NCBI GenBank assembly: GCA_035644055.1
Contig: DASQPH010000033.1
Coordinates: 3,308-67,307, forward strand
Length of the DNA stretch: 64,000 nucleotides
Source: Chthoniobacterales bacterium
Lineage (GTDB): Bacteria > Verrucomicrobiota > Verrucomicrobiia > Chthoniobacterales > UBA10450
Direction of reading: 5' to 3'
Of the stretch, positions 17,414 through 26,345 are shown piece after piece. Each line of letters starts with the position of its first letter. Within the stretch, counting starts at the first letter, position 1. The notes under the pieces are model-generated. The model had not been told where the DNA came from and made no database searches. It saw only the letters and a list, made by a program, of their open reading frames with translations. A program made the translations under genes and the position numbers.

Positions 17414-18295
17414 ATGGAATATTTCGAGGAAGCGAAAGTTCGCCGGCTGCTTCGGATTCCGGAGCTGATCGCCGCGATGCGCCGAGTGCTGGCGGAATTC
17501 TCCGCGGGAAAATGGCAGCAGCCGGTGCGCGGCGTCCTGTCGCAGCAAGGCGGATTTTTCGGAGTGATGCCGGCATCGGGCGAATCGATGGGAATCAAAA
17601 TGGTGACGTTCTATCCGAAGAACACGGAATTGCCGACGCACATGGCGGTGATTGCGTTGTTCGATCCGAAGACGGGCGAACCGCTCGCGCTCATGGATGG
17701 ACGTTACATCACGGAGATGAGGACTGCGGCGGTGTCGGCGGTAGCGACGGATGCGCTGGCGTCGCGCGACGCGAAAGTGCTGACGTTGCTCGGCGCCGGC
17801 GTGCAGGCGCAGGCGCATCTTGAAGTGTTGCCGCACGTTCGCCAGTTCCAGGAGATCCGCGTTTGGAATCATCATCCCGAAAAGGCGGAGTGTTTCGCGG
17901 AAGAACATGGAATCAAGGCGATGCAGTTGGAAGCCGCGGTGCGCGACGCGGATGTGGTTGTGACCGCGACGAGCGCCCGCGAGCCAGTTTTGAAAGGCGA
18001 ATGGTTGAAACCCGGCGCACACGTCAATGCAGTCGGCGCATCGCGGCCTGACTGGCGCGAACTGGATGACGCGGCGATGCGAAACGTTGTCATCGTCGAT
18101 TCCTACGAAGGCGCGCGCAAAGAATCCGGCGACGTGATTCTTTCCGGCGCGACGCCGTTCGCGGAGCTGGGCGAGATTCTCAACGGAACCAAAACGGTCG
18201 AGCCAGGCGCGACGACGATTTTCAAGTCGTTAGGCATGGCGGTCGAGGACGTAGCCGCGGCCAAACTCGTTTACGACGCTGCCCTTCCTGCGTAA
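17414..18295 (+). CDS. Ornithine cyclodeaminase / mu-crystallin family NAD(P)-dependent enzyme
   Basis: The ORF track starts at TTG 17411; ATG is at 17414. Motifs: GIKMVTFYPKN, ITEMRTAAVSAVA, Rossmann LTLLGAGVQAQAH, VNAVGA. Confidence 0.85.
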   Translation: MEYFEEAKVRRLLRIPELIAAMRRVLAEFSAGKWQQPVRGVLSQQGGFFGVMPASGESMGIKMVTFYPKNTELPTHMAVIALFDPKTGEPLALMDGRYITEMRTAAVSAVATDALASRDAKVLTLLGAGVQAQAHLEVLPHVRQFQEIRVWNHHPEKAECFAEEHGIKAMQLEAAVRDADVVVTATSAREPVLKGEWLKPGAHVNAVGASRPDWRELDDAAMRNVVIVDSYEGARKESGDVILSGATPFAELGEILNGTKTVEPGATTIFKSLGMAVEDVAAAKLVYDAALPA

Positions 18296-18304
18296 GATCG
18301 CGGA

Positions 18305-19267
18305 ATGGCCGCCGTCCGTCCGATCGAGCTCTCGGAAATTCGCGAAGCGCGGAAGCGAATCGCAGGCACTATCGTTCGGACGCCGCTGCTGCGGCTCGAG
18401 CTTGGTCCGGATTTTCCCGACATCCGGCTGAAGCTCGAAAATCTTCAGCCGATCAATGCTTACAAACTTCGCGGCGCGGCGAACGCGGTCGCGATGTTGT
18501 CGGAGTCCGAACGCAAGCGGGGCGTGTGGACGATCAGCGCCGGCAATGCGGGACAAGGCGTGGCCTACGCGGCCAGAAAAGCCGGAGTGCCCAGCACCGT
18601 TGTCGCGATTGAGACCGCGCCGGCGGCGAAGCTCGAACGGATGCGCGCTTTGGGCGCGAAGCTGATTCTGGTTCCGTACGAAGTCGCATGGCAGGCACTC
18701 GAGGCGCGCGCGTATCCGGGCGCCGACGGAACATTCGTCCACCCGTTCGACGACGATAATTTCATTGCCGGTCACGGAACGATGGGACTCGAAATCCTGG
18801 AGGATGCGCCGGACACAGTGGCGGTGATCGGCGCGATTGGTGGCGGCGGGCTCATCACCGGCGTCGGCAGTGCGATCAAAGCATTGAAGCCGGACGTGAA
18901 AATTTTTGGCGCGGAACCGGAGACAGCGGCGCCAGCGGCGCTCTCTTTTGAGAAAGGTTCGCCGCAGGTTTTCGAAAAATGGCAGGCATCGTTTGTCGAT
19001 GGCGCCGGCGGCCAAAGCATGTTTCCGCGGATGTGGGAACGAATGAAACCGGTCGTGGATGGTTACATCGTCGTTACCCTGGACGAGACGAAAGCCGCGA
19101 TGCGCCTGATGGCGGAGAAAGCACGAGTGATCGCGGAAGGCGCCGGCGCGTTGCCGCTGGCCGCGGCGTTGACCGGGAAAGCGGGCAAGGGCCCGATCGT
19201 CGCGATCGTGTCCGGCGGAAATATTGACTTGAAGAAATTCTCTGAGCTAATCGGAGCAACAACATGA
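18305..19267 (+). CDS. PLP-dependent serine/threonine dehydratase (fold-type II) family protein
   Basis: 320 aa. PLP-lysine motif LENLQPINAYKLRGAANAV. Glycine loop GAIGGGGLITG. Confidence 0.85.
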   Translation: MAAVRPIELSEIREARKRIAGTIVRTPLLRLELGPDFPDIRLKLENLQPINAYKLRGAANAVAMLSESERKRGVWTISAGNAGQGVAYAARKAGVPSTVVAIETAPAAKLERMRALGAKLILVPYEVAWQALEARAYPGADGTFVHPFDDDNFIAGHGTMGLEILEDAPDTVAVIGAIGGGGLITGVGSAIKALKPDVKIFGAEPETAAPAALSFEKGSPQVFEKWQASFVDGAGGQSMFPRMWERMKPVVDGYIVVTLDETKAAMRLMAEKARVIAEGAGALPLAAALTGKAGKGPIVAIVSGGNIDLKKFSELIGATT

Positions 19268-19650
19268 AAGCTATCGCACTCTTTATTGCTGCGCTGTTGG
19301 TGTTATTCGGACTGATCGGCGTGCTCTGGCCGGAAGGGCTGATGCAATTGGCCACGTATTCATTTTCCCGCACGGGTTTGTATGTCGTCGCCGCGGCGCG
19401 AGTCGTCCTGGGCGGATTGCTTTTCTTCGCGGCTTCCGCGACGCGCACACCGAAAACAGTTCGCGTGATCGGTCTCCTGATCCTGATTGCAGGAATTGCG
19501 ACTGCGGTTATTTCGCCCGAACGCGCCGACTTGATGAAAGACTGGTTGGTCGCTCGCGGGCCTGACACGCTTCGGATCGCGGCGTGCATTCCGCTCGCGG
19601 CCGGAATTTTTGTCGCAGGCGCGACGCTGACCAAGAGCCGCGCCAAATAA
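19264..19650 (+). CDS. Small integral membrane protein
   Basis: 128 aa with four hydrophobic segments. ATGA overlap with the dehydratase gene. Confidence 0.6.
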   Translation: MKAIALFIAALLVLFGLIGVLWPEGLMQLATYSFSRTGLYVVAAARVVLGGLLFFAASATRTPKTVRVIGLLILIAGIATAVISPERADLMKDWLVARGPDTLRIAACIPLAAGIFVAGATLTKSRAK

Positions 19651-19789
19651 GTTCCGCCTCAACCGCCCAAGATAGGCGCGAGCGCAAACATCCGACCGGG
19701 CCGCGAGCCGCGAATTGTAATCGGAATACTCTCATCCGCGACTCTGCTGCCGCACCGTCGCGGCAAGCCACGAACCACCTCGCTCCGCC

Positions 19790-22700
19790 ATGAAAAAAGC
19801 CGCTTCATCCCTTACCGCTCGCGTCACTCTCGCCATGCTGTTTCTTCTCAGCGGCGTCGTCCTTCTCATCTCGGCAATTTCCAGCAGCCGACTGTCTTCG
19901 GCCACGCCAGCCAGCGGCTCGATTGGGCCCGCCGGGGCGCCTCTGGGCTGGGATGGAACCGCAACCGGCACGGGATCGGCCAGTGGCGAAAGCACCTGCG
20001 TGGAAGGAGTGAACTGTGACACTTTCACTCTTACCGTTACCGGCACTCAATCCGATTGGGCGAATGCCGGCAAGCGGATCGAAGTAAAGATTACGCCACC
20101 GGCCACGCAGGATGATTACGATCTCGTCATCCACAAGGACAACAATAGCGGCAAGACGATCGACTCGTCGGGTAATGGCGCGGGCGTTCCCGAAGTCGCT
20201 CACATTAATCCGGCCGTAGACGGCGTGGGCGCGTTCACTATCCACGTTATCTACTTCGCTACGACGCCGCCGGATCAATACCACGGCACCGCCACCGTCG
20301 TTTCGCTGACCCCACCGGCGCCGCCGCCCGCGGCTTCCGACAACGGGCCGAAAGTGGGCTATGAAAACTTCGAGGCGCCGGGCATTCTGACGCCGGTTAC
20401 CACTACGACCGGTCCGACGGTGGAGTTCATGGGCCGCGGAGCAGGCGAACCTTCCATCGGCGTGAACTGGAATTCCGCTTCCAACACTGCCATCGGCGGA
20501 GTCACAAACTTTCAGTCCGACCTTGAGACATTGTTCATCAGTTTTTCCAGTCTCTGTTCAACCGGCGTCAATGCCACCTGGGCCAATCGACCGGCGCCAA
20601 CCTCGCAGGTGATCGATTCCGATCCGATTGGCTTTACCGATCGCCAGACAGGTCGCGTTTTTGCGGCCGAACTCACCGCTACTTCCCCAACCTGTAAGGT
20701 TTCGTTCTCCGATAACGATGGGCAAACCTGGGTTGCCAGCTCAGGCCCCTTGGGCTCCGGGATCGATCATGAAACGATTGGCGGCGGACCCTACCACGCA
20801 CCCATTCCACCTGGCCTGATTTATCCAAACGCAGTCTATTATTGTTCGCAGGATCTCGTCACTGCCTTTTGCCTGCGCAGTGACGATGGCGGCGCGCATT
20901 TTGGCAATGTCGTCCCGACTTATACGACCGAATGCGGCGGCCTGCATGGCCATGTCAAGGTTTCACCCAAGGATGGGACGGTTTATTTGCCTAACAACAA
21001 TTGCGGTGGCGAAGGTGCTGTCGTTGTCTCGGAAGACAATGGCGTTAGCTGGGATATTCGGCATGTTCGCAATAATAGCGTCGACACGGTTTCCGGAAGC
21101 AGCGATCCCGCTGTAGGCATCGATAGCAATGGTCGGGTTTATTTCGCCATAGCTAACGCCGATAGCTCGATGGTCGTAGCTACAAGCGATGATCATGGCA
21201 GCACCTGGAACAATATTGTCGATGTTAGTTCCACGCTCGGGTTGAAAAACATCAGATACCCGGCAGCGGTGGCGGGCGACGCCGGACGCGCCGCGGTAGC
21301 TTTTTATGGCTCGACCACAGCTGGCAGCGCCAATGCAGCTACTTTCAATGGTATCTGGCATCTCTACATAGCTCATACGTTCGATGGCGGAGCCACCTGG
21401 ACCGTGTCTGATGCAACTCCGAACGCGCCTGTCCAGCGCGGTTGCATTTGGACCGGCGGCGGCGCGAACATTTGCCGGAACCTGCTCGATTTCTTCGATG
21501 TGAGTATCGATAAGCACGGACGAGTAGAAGTAGGCTACGTGAATGGATGCTCGGGTGGCAGTTGCGCACAGGCTGGGCCTGGCGCCACGGGAAATGGCTA
21601 TGGTGCGGTCGCGACAATCGCCCGCCAATCCAGCGGCCGGCGGATGCTGGCGGGATTCGATCCTTCTACTCCGACCTCAGCACCCGGGGCACCTGCCGTC
21701 ACGCAACGCCGGCTCGGCTCCGTAGTCCATCTTGCCTGGTCCGAAGCCGATAATGGCAACTCCGCCATAACGAGCTATCAAATTCTGCGCGGGACGATCA
21801 GCAACAGCGAGACATCGCTCGCGACTGTTACTGGCACTCAGGCGAACTACGACGACACCACGGCAACGGATCCCAGTAAGACCTACTACTACAAGGTCGT
21901 AGCGGTCAATGCCGTGGGCAGCTCCTGCAGCAACAATGAAATAGCGGCGCCTTACGTTGGCGATACCTGCACCGGAGTTATTATCCATCAGAACCTTCCC
22001 ACTCATCCGGAAAGCACGGCCGCGAGCTCAAACCCGCAGCTGGCTATTGACTATGTTTCAATGGCCGAGCCTCCCAGCACGAGCAACTTCGTGTTTAAGA
22101 TGAAGGTAACTAACCTGAGCACGATTCCGCCCAACAGCAGGTGGCGCATTGTCTGGGACTCCTATGCTTCCGCCGGCCAGCAATTCTATGCCGGCATGAA
22201 CAGCGACAGCACGAGCACAGTTAGTTTTGAATATGGTGAGATTGCCACTGCGGTTGTCGGCCTTGTCGTCGGCGTGCCTACGGAAACAAAGAAGGGCGTT
22301 CCGTTGCCGACCAGTAACTTTAACGCCGACGGCACGATCACCATTGTTATTGCAAAAGCCTCTGTCGGCAATTCCGCGCCGGGCGATCTTCTTGGCGCTG
22401 TGAATGGCAGGACGTTTACAGGCGATACGCCGTCGACAGTAACGTTGGAGCGTTCGACCGCATTGATCGATCATACGTTCGTTAAGGCGCAGACCGATAA
22501 TGGGTATCCACCCGCCACCTATACTGTGACGAACAACAGCCCTTGCACCGCTCCTACTCCTACCCCGACTCCACCTACGACCCCAGCGCAATTGCAAAAT
22601 ATCTCCACGCGCGCTCGCGTCCTTACCAACGACAGCGTTCTTATCGGTGGGTTTATTATCACCGGGACCGATCCTAAGAAGGTGATCGTGCGAGCGCTCG

Positions 22701-23365
22701 GGCCATCGATAAGTCTCAACGGCACGCCGCTTGCCGGCCGTTTGGCGGACCCCGTTCTTGAGCTCCACGACGGCAACACCGTCGTTACCAACGATAACTG
22801 GAAGAGCGATCAGCAAACCGAAATCACGAATACCGGTTTTGCTCCAACCAACGATCTCGAGTCCGCGATCGTGCGGACGCTGTCGCCCGGTAATTACACC
22901 GTGATTGTGCGTGGAAAAGGAGGCGGCACCGGCATAGGTCTGGTCGAAGTCTACGACCTGAGCCAGACGAGCATTTCGTTACTGGGTAATATTAGTTCAC
23001 GCGGATTCGTCGATACTAACGACAACGTAATGATCGGTGGCTTCATCATTGGGCCCGTCGACCGCGGCAATCCGCGAGTGGTCGTGCGCGCTCTCGGCCC
23101 GAGCCTGAGCAGTTCCGGCGTGCCGAACACGCTGCAGAATCCGACGCTCGAATTGCACGATGGCAGCGGAACCCTGATTTCATCGAACGACGATTGGCCG
23201 ACGGACCCCAACTCGAGCCTGGTCGTAGCGAATGGTCTGGCGCCATCCGACACCCGGGAAAGCGCTATCTTCACCCCCCTGACTCCCGGCCAATACACGG
23301 CGATTGTCCGCGGTGTCGGCAATACTACCGGGATCGGACTTATAGAAGTTTACAACCTGCAATAA
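19790..23365 (+). CDS. Secreted BNR/Asp-box beta-propeller (sialidase-fold) protein with FN3 domain and tandem C-terminal NISTR/VEVY module
   Basis: 1191 aa with a signal peptide. Asp-box motifs: SDNDGQTW, SDDGGAHF, SEDNGVSW, SDDHGSTW, FDGGATW. FN3: LAWSEADNGNSAITSYQILRG...KTYYYKVVAVNAVGSS. PTPTPTPPTTP linker, then two module copies. Confidence 0.9.
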   Translation: MKKAASSLTARVTLAMLFLLSGVVLLISAISSSRLSSATPASGSIGPAGAPLGWDGTATGTGSASGESTCVEGVNCDTFTLTVTGTQSDWANAGKRIEVKITPPATQDDYDLVIHKDNNSGKTIDSSGNGAGVPEVAHINPAVDGVGAFTIHVIYFATTPPDQYHGTATVVSLTPPAPPPAASDNGPKVGYENFEAPGILTPVTTTTGPTVEFMGRGAGEPSIGVNWNSASNTAIGGVTNFQSDLETLFISFSSLCSTGVNATWANRPAPTSQVIDSDPIGFTDRQTGRVFAAELTATSPTCKVSFSDNDGQTWVASSGPLGSGIDHETIGGGPYHAPIPPGLIYPNAVYYCSQDLVTAFCLRSDDGGAHFGNVVPTYTTECGGLHGHVKVSPKDGTVYLPNNNCGGEGAVVVSEDNGVSWDIRHVRNNSVDTVSGSSDPAVGIDSNGRVYFAIANADSSMVVATSDDHGSTWNNIVDVSSTLGLKNIRYPAAVAGDAGRAAVAFYGSTTAGSANAATFNGIWHLYIAHTFDGGATWTVSDATPNAPVQRGCIWTGGGANICRNLLDFFDVSIDKHGRVEVGYVNGCSGGSCAQAGPGATGNGYGAVATIARQSSGRRMLAGFDPSTPTSAPGAPAVTQRRLGSVVHLAWSEADNGNSAITSYQILRGTISNSETSLATVTGTQANYDDTTATDPSKTYYYKVVAVNAVGSSCSNNEIAAPYVGDTCTGVIIHQNLPTHPESTAASSNPQLAIDYVSMAEPPSTSNFVFKMKVTNLSTIPPNSRWRIVWDSYASAGQQFYAGMNSDSTSTVSFEYGEIATAVVGLVVGVPTETKKGVPLPTSNFNADGTITIVIAKASVGNSAPGDLLGAVNGRTFTGDTPSTVTLERSTALIDHTFVKAQTDNGYPPATYTVTNNSPCTAPTPTPTPPTTPAQLQNISTRARVLTNDSVLIGGFIITGTDPKKVIVRALGPSISLNGTPLAGRLADPVLELHDGNTVVTNDNWKSDQQTEITNTGFAPTNDLESAIVRTLSPGNYTVIVRGKGGGTGIGLVEVYDLSQTSISLLGNISSRGFVDTNDNVMIGGFIIGPVDRGNPRVVVRALGPSLSSSGVPNTLQNPTLELHDGSGTLISSNDDWPTDPNSSLVVANGLAPSDTRESAIFTPLTPGQYTAIVRGVGNTTGIGLIEVYNLQ
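22586..23362 (+). other. Tandem C-terminal module, copies B1 (22586-~22964) and B2 (~22965-23362)
   Basis: AQLQNISTRARVLTNDSVLIGGFII...VIVRALGPSI...PVLELHDGN...NDNW...ESAIV...YTVIVRG...GIGLVEVYDLS, then LGNISSRGFVDTNDNVMIGGFII...VVVRALGPSL...PTLELHDGSG...NDDW...ESAIF...YTAIVRG...GIGLIEVYNLQ-stop. Confidence 0.85.
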
Positions 23366-23477
23366 ATCAGGGCTGCTGTTAGTCTCGAGAGCGGTGCGGT
23401 TCGACCGGCGCCCGGGCGGTCTGCTGTTGTCACTTCGCGCTTGTCGTTCGCACCACCACTGATTAGCTAACTGGTTT

Positions 23478-24860
23478 ATGAAAGACATGACCGAAGGGTC
23501 CGTGACGCGGCATCTGCTGCACATGGCGTCGTTCATGGCGGTCAGCATGGTAGTGCAGACTCTTTATCTGCTCGCGGACCTTTACTGGGTCGGGACGCTG
23601 GGCAAGGAAGCGATCGCTGCTGTCGGCCTCTCGGGAAACCTGATGATGCTCGTGCTGGCGCTCACGCAAACACTCGGCGTCGGGACAACGACAGTGATTT
23701 CGCATGCGGCCGGGCGCAAAGATCAGCCGCACGCGGAGCTCGGTTTTAATCAATCAACCGTCCTCGCGCTCGTCGCCGCGGTCCTCTTCGGCGTTTGCGC
23801 GTTTCCATTCCGTAATCAATACAGCGTGGCGTTGAGCGCGGACGCCACGACCGCAAAGCTGGCCGTCTCTTATCTGGGCTGGTTCATCCCGGCGTTGATG
23901 CTCCAGTTTCCGCTGGTGTCGTTAGGTTCAGCTCTTCGAGCGACCGGAATCATCAAACCGGCGGTTGGCCTTCAGGTTCTCAGCGTCGTCCTGAACATCA
24001 TCCTCGCGCCGCTCTTGATTTTTGGCATCGGACCGCTGCCGAAAATGGGAGTGAGCGGAGCGGCCCTGGCGACATTTCTCTCCATCCTGATCGCAAACAT
24101 TCTGACGATCATTTATTTCGAACGCAGTTATAAATATTTGCGGGTTCGGTTTTCGCAGTGGAAGCCGCAATTAAAGATTTGGTGGTCGATGCTGCGGATT
24201 GGGCTTCCGGCCGGCGCTGAATTCGCGCTCATGGCGGTTTACATCGTCGTGGTCTACGCAATCATTCGCGGCTTCGGCGCTGCGGCCCAGGCCGGGTTCG
24301 GTGTCGGCGCGCGCGTCATGCAGGCAATGTTCTTGCCGGTGATCGCGGTCGCGTTCTCGGTCGCGCCGGTGGTCGGTCAGAATTTCGGCGGCCGCCGGGC
24401 CGACCGAGTGCGGCAGACATTTTATTCGGCAGTGCTGATCACGTCCGCGGTCATGGTGTTGCTGACGATCTTCGCCCAGTTTTACGGTGGCTTGTTCATT
24501 CGCGGATTTACCAAAGACCCAACCGTGATCGCGTTCGGCGGCGAATATCTCCAAATCATTTCGCTGAACTTCGTGGCGATGGGAATTGTGTTCACCTCCT
24601 CGAGTGTTTTCCAGGGCATCGGGAATACATGGCCACCGTTGATCGCCTCGGCGACGAGGTTGCTGCTCTTTGCCTTGCCGGCCTCCATTCTCGCGACGCG
24701 GCCCGGTTTTCAGATCCGGCAAGCCTGGTATTTGTCCGTCGTATCAATCCTCTTCCAGGCTTGCGTGAACGTGCTTCTTCTTCGGCGCGAGTTTAAAAGG
24801 AAGCTCATCTTTCCCGAGCCCGAGATGACCACGGTGACTGGTTCCCCGACTCCGGCGTGA
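23478..24860 (+). CDS. MATE family efflux transporter
   Basis: 460 aa, 12 hydrophobic segments. N-terminal GSVTRHLLHMASFMAVSMVVQTLYLLADLYWVG is typical of MATE/NorM-DinF proteins. Confidence 0.9.
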   Translation: MKDMTEGSVTRHLLHMASFMAVSMVVQTLYLLADLYWVGTLGKEAIAAVGLSGNLMMLVLALTQTLGVGTTTVISHAAGRKDQPHAELGFNQSTVLALVAAVLFGVCAFPFRNQYSVALSADATTAKLAVSYLGWFIPALMLQFPLVSLGSALRATGIIKPAVGLQVLSVVLNIILAPLLIFGIGPLPKMGVSGAALATFLSILIANILTIIYFERSYKYLRVRFSQWKPQLKIWWSMLRIGLPAGAEFALMAVYIVVVYAIIRGFGAAAQAGFGVGARVMQAMFLPVIAVAFSVAPVVGQNFGGRRADRVRQTFYSAVLITSAVMVLLTIFAQFYGGLFIRGFTKDPTVIAFGGEYLQIISLNFVAMGIVFTSSSVFQGIGNTWPPLIASATRLLLFALPASILATRPGFQIRQAWYLSVVSILFQACVNVLLLRREFKRKLIFPEPEMTTVTGSPTPA

Positions 24861-24864
24861 GCGC

Positions 24865-25764
24865 ATGAGTTTCCAAAGCCGGCTCGGCTGTTGGTGGGTC
24901 CGGCTTTACGTGAAACGCAAGCCGCCCGGCGAACCGGCGCTCGTCGATTTCACGCGCCGCCGGTTCCAGACGCCGGGCTGGCTCGTTTGGCTCCATTCGT
25001 TAGGCGTAAAGATCGAGCCAGTGGAATCGACGGTGAAAGGCGAATGGGTCTCGCCGCCTGACGGGGCGGAGACTCAACGCGTCATCTATTATTTGCACGG
25101 CGGCGGATACATCTCCGGCTCGGCGAAATCGTGCCGGCCGATCACGGCGACGATGGCGCGGTTTTCCCAAGCACGCGTATTTGGTCTCGATTATCGGCTC
25201 GCGCCCGAGCACCTGTTTCCCGCCGGAGTTGACGATGCCGTTGCTGGTTACCGGTGGTTGCTCTCAAACGGAATCGATCCGCGATCGATCGCAATCGTCG
25301 GCGATTCCGCCGGCGGCGGAATGACCCTTGCCGTGGCCCTGCGAATCCGGGGCGCCGGTGAGCCGCTGCCGGCGTGCTTGGTTTGCCTTTCGCCCTGGAC
25401 CGATATGACGGGCACGAGCGATTCGCTCACCGCGAATTCCGAGCGCGATTCGATGTTCGTCGGCGAAGACATCGAACGTTACGCCGGCGTTTATCTTGGC
25501 GATCATTCGCGGCACGATCCCCTCGTCTCTCCGCTCCTCGCCGATCTTTCCGGACTACCGCCACTGTTGATTCAGGTCGGACGGGACGAAGTACTGCTCG
25601 ACGATGCGCGGAAGCTGCACGCAAAAGTCATCGCGGCCGGCGGCTCGAGCGAGCTGCATATTTACGATGACGTGCCGCACGGCTGGCACTACGGTGCGCC
25701 GTTCGTGCCGGAGACAGGACAAGCTTTGCGCGAAGTGGCAGAGTTTATCCAACGTGCGCGATGA
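24865..25764 (+). CDS. Alpha/beta hydrolase (hormone-sensitive-lipase-type esterase)
   Basis: 299 aa. Oxyanion motif YLHGGGY, nucleophile elbow GDSAGG, C-terminal DDVPHGW. Confidence 0.85.
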   Translation: MSFQSRLGCWWVRLYVKRKPPGEPALVDFTRRRFQTPGWLVWLHSLGVKIEPVESTVKGEWVSPPDGAETQRVIYYLHGGGYISGSAKSCRPITATMARFSQARVFGLDYRLAPEHLFPAGVDDAVAGYRWLLSNGIDPRSIAIVGDSAGGGMTLAVALRIRGAGEPLPACLVCLSPWTDMTGTSDSLTANSERDSMFVGEDIERYAGVYLGDHSRHDPLVSPLLADLSGLPPLLIQVGRDEVLLDDARKLHAKVIAAGGSSELHIYDDVPHGWHYGAPFVPETGQALREVAEFIQRAR

Positions 25765-26345
25765 ATGCGCGGAGCTATCCAGACGCGATGACACTGGCAG
25801 AGGCGCGTGCGCTCTTTTTCGCACGCTCGGGTTTGGGCGATGACGGCGGCTACAACGCGCGCTGGGTCCGCGTGGAAACAAAACCGTTGCCGGTTTTTTT
25901 CCCGAACACGGCGCGTCGCGTCGAAGCCGCCAAGCTTCATGACCTTCATCACATCGCGATGGAGTACGAAACCGATTGGGCCGGCGAAGCCGAAATCGCG
26001 GGCTGGGAAATTGCGAGCGGTTGTGGCCGGCACGGTTGGGCCTGGTTGTTGAATCTTGGTGCGTTCACCGTCGGAATGGTTCTCTTCCCACGGCGTCTCT
26101 TTCACGCTTTCCTCCGAGGACGACGCTGCGCAAATCTGTATCGCACCGGTTTTCCTGAAAGCGAATTGCCGCGGAAAACCGTCGGGTGGTTACGAGAACG
26201 GCTGGAACGCGAACACGCGCCCGCAACCGCTACCGGGCACGACCGAGTCGCATTCGGCTGCTGGTGCGTCGTCGGCGCACTGTATCACGCCGCTTATTTT
26301 GTCGCGGGCGCAGCGATCCTATGGTGGATCGTCACGCGGTTGTGA
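25761..26345 (+). CDS. Hypothetical membrane-associated protein with a Coq4-like HDxxH...E motif
   Basis: 194 aa. HDLHHIAMEYETDWAGE resembles the HDxxH-x(10-12)-E metal motif of Coq4-family proteins. ATGA overlap with the esterase gene. The assignment is tentative. Confidence 0.45.
   Translation: MNARSYPDAMTLAEARALFFARSGLGDDGGYNARWVRVETKPLPVFFPNTARRVEAAKLHDLHHIAMEYETDWAGEAEIAGWEIASGCGRHGWAWLLNLGAFTVGMVLFPRRLFHAFLRGRRCANLYRTGFPESELPRKTVGWLRERLEREHAPATATGHDRVAFGCWCVVGALYHAAYFVAGAAILWWIVTRL

Noticed and set aside
17133-19015. Minus-strand ORFs 17133-17576, 17342-18022 and 18230-19015
   Set aside because: They are antisense to the cyclodeaminase and PLP-dehydratase genes, with Arg/His-rich composition and no motifs.
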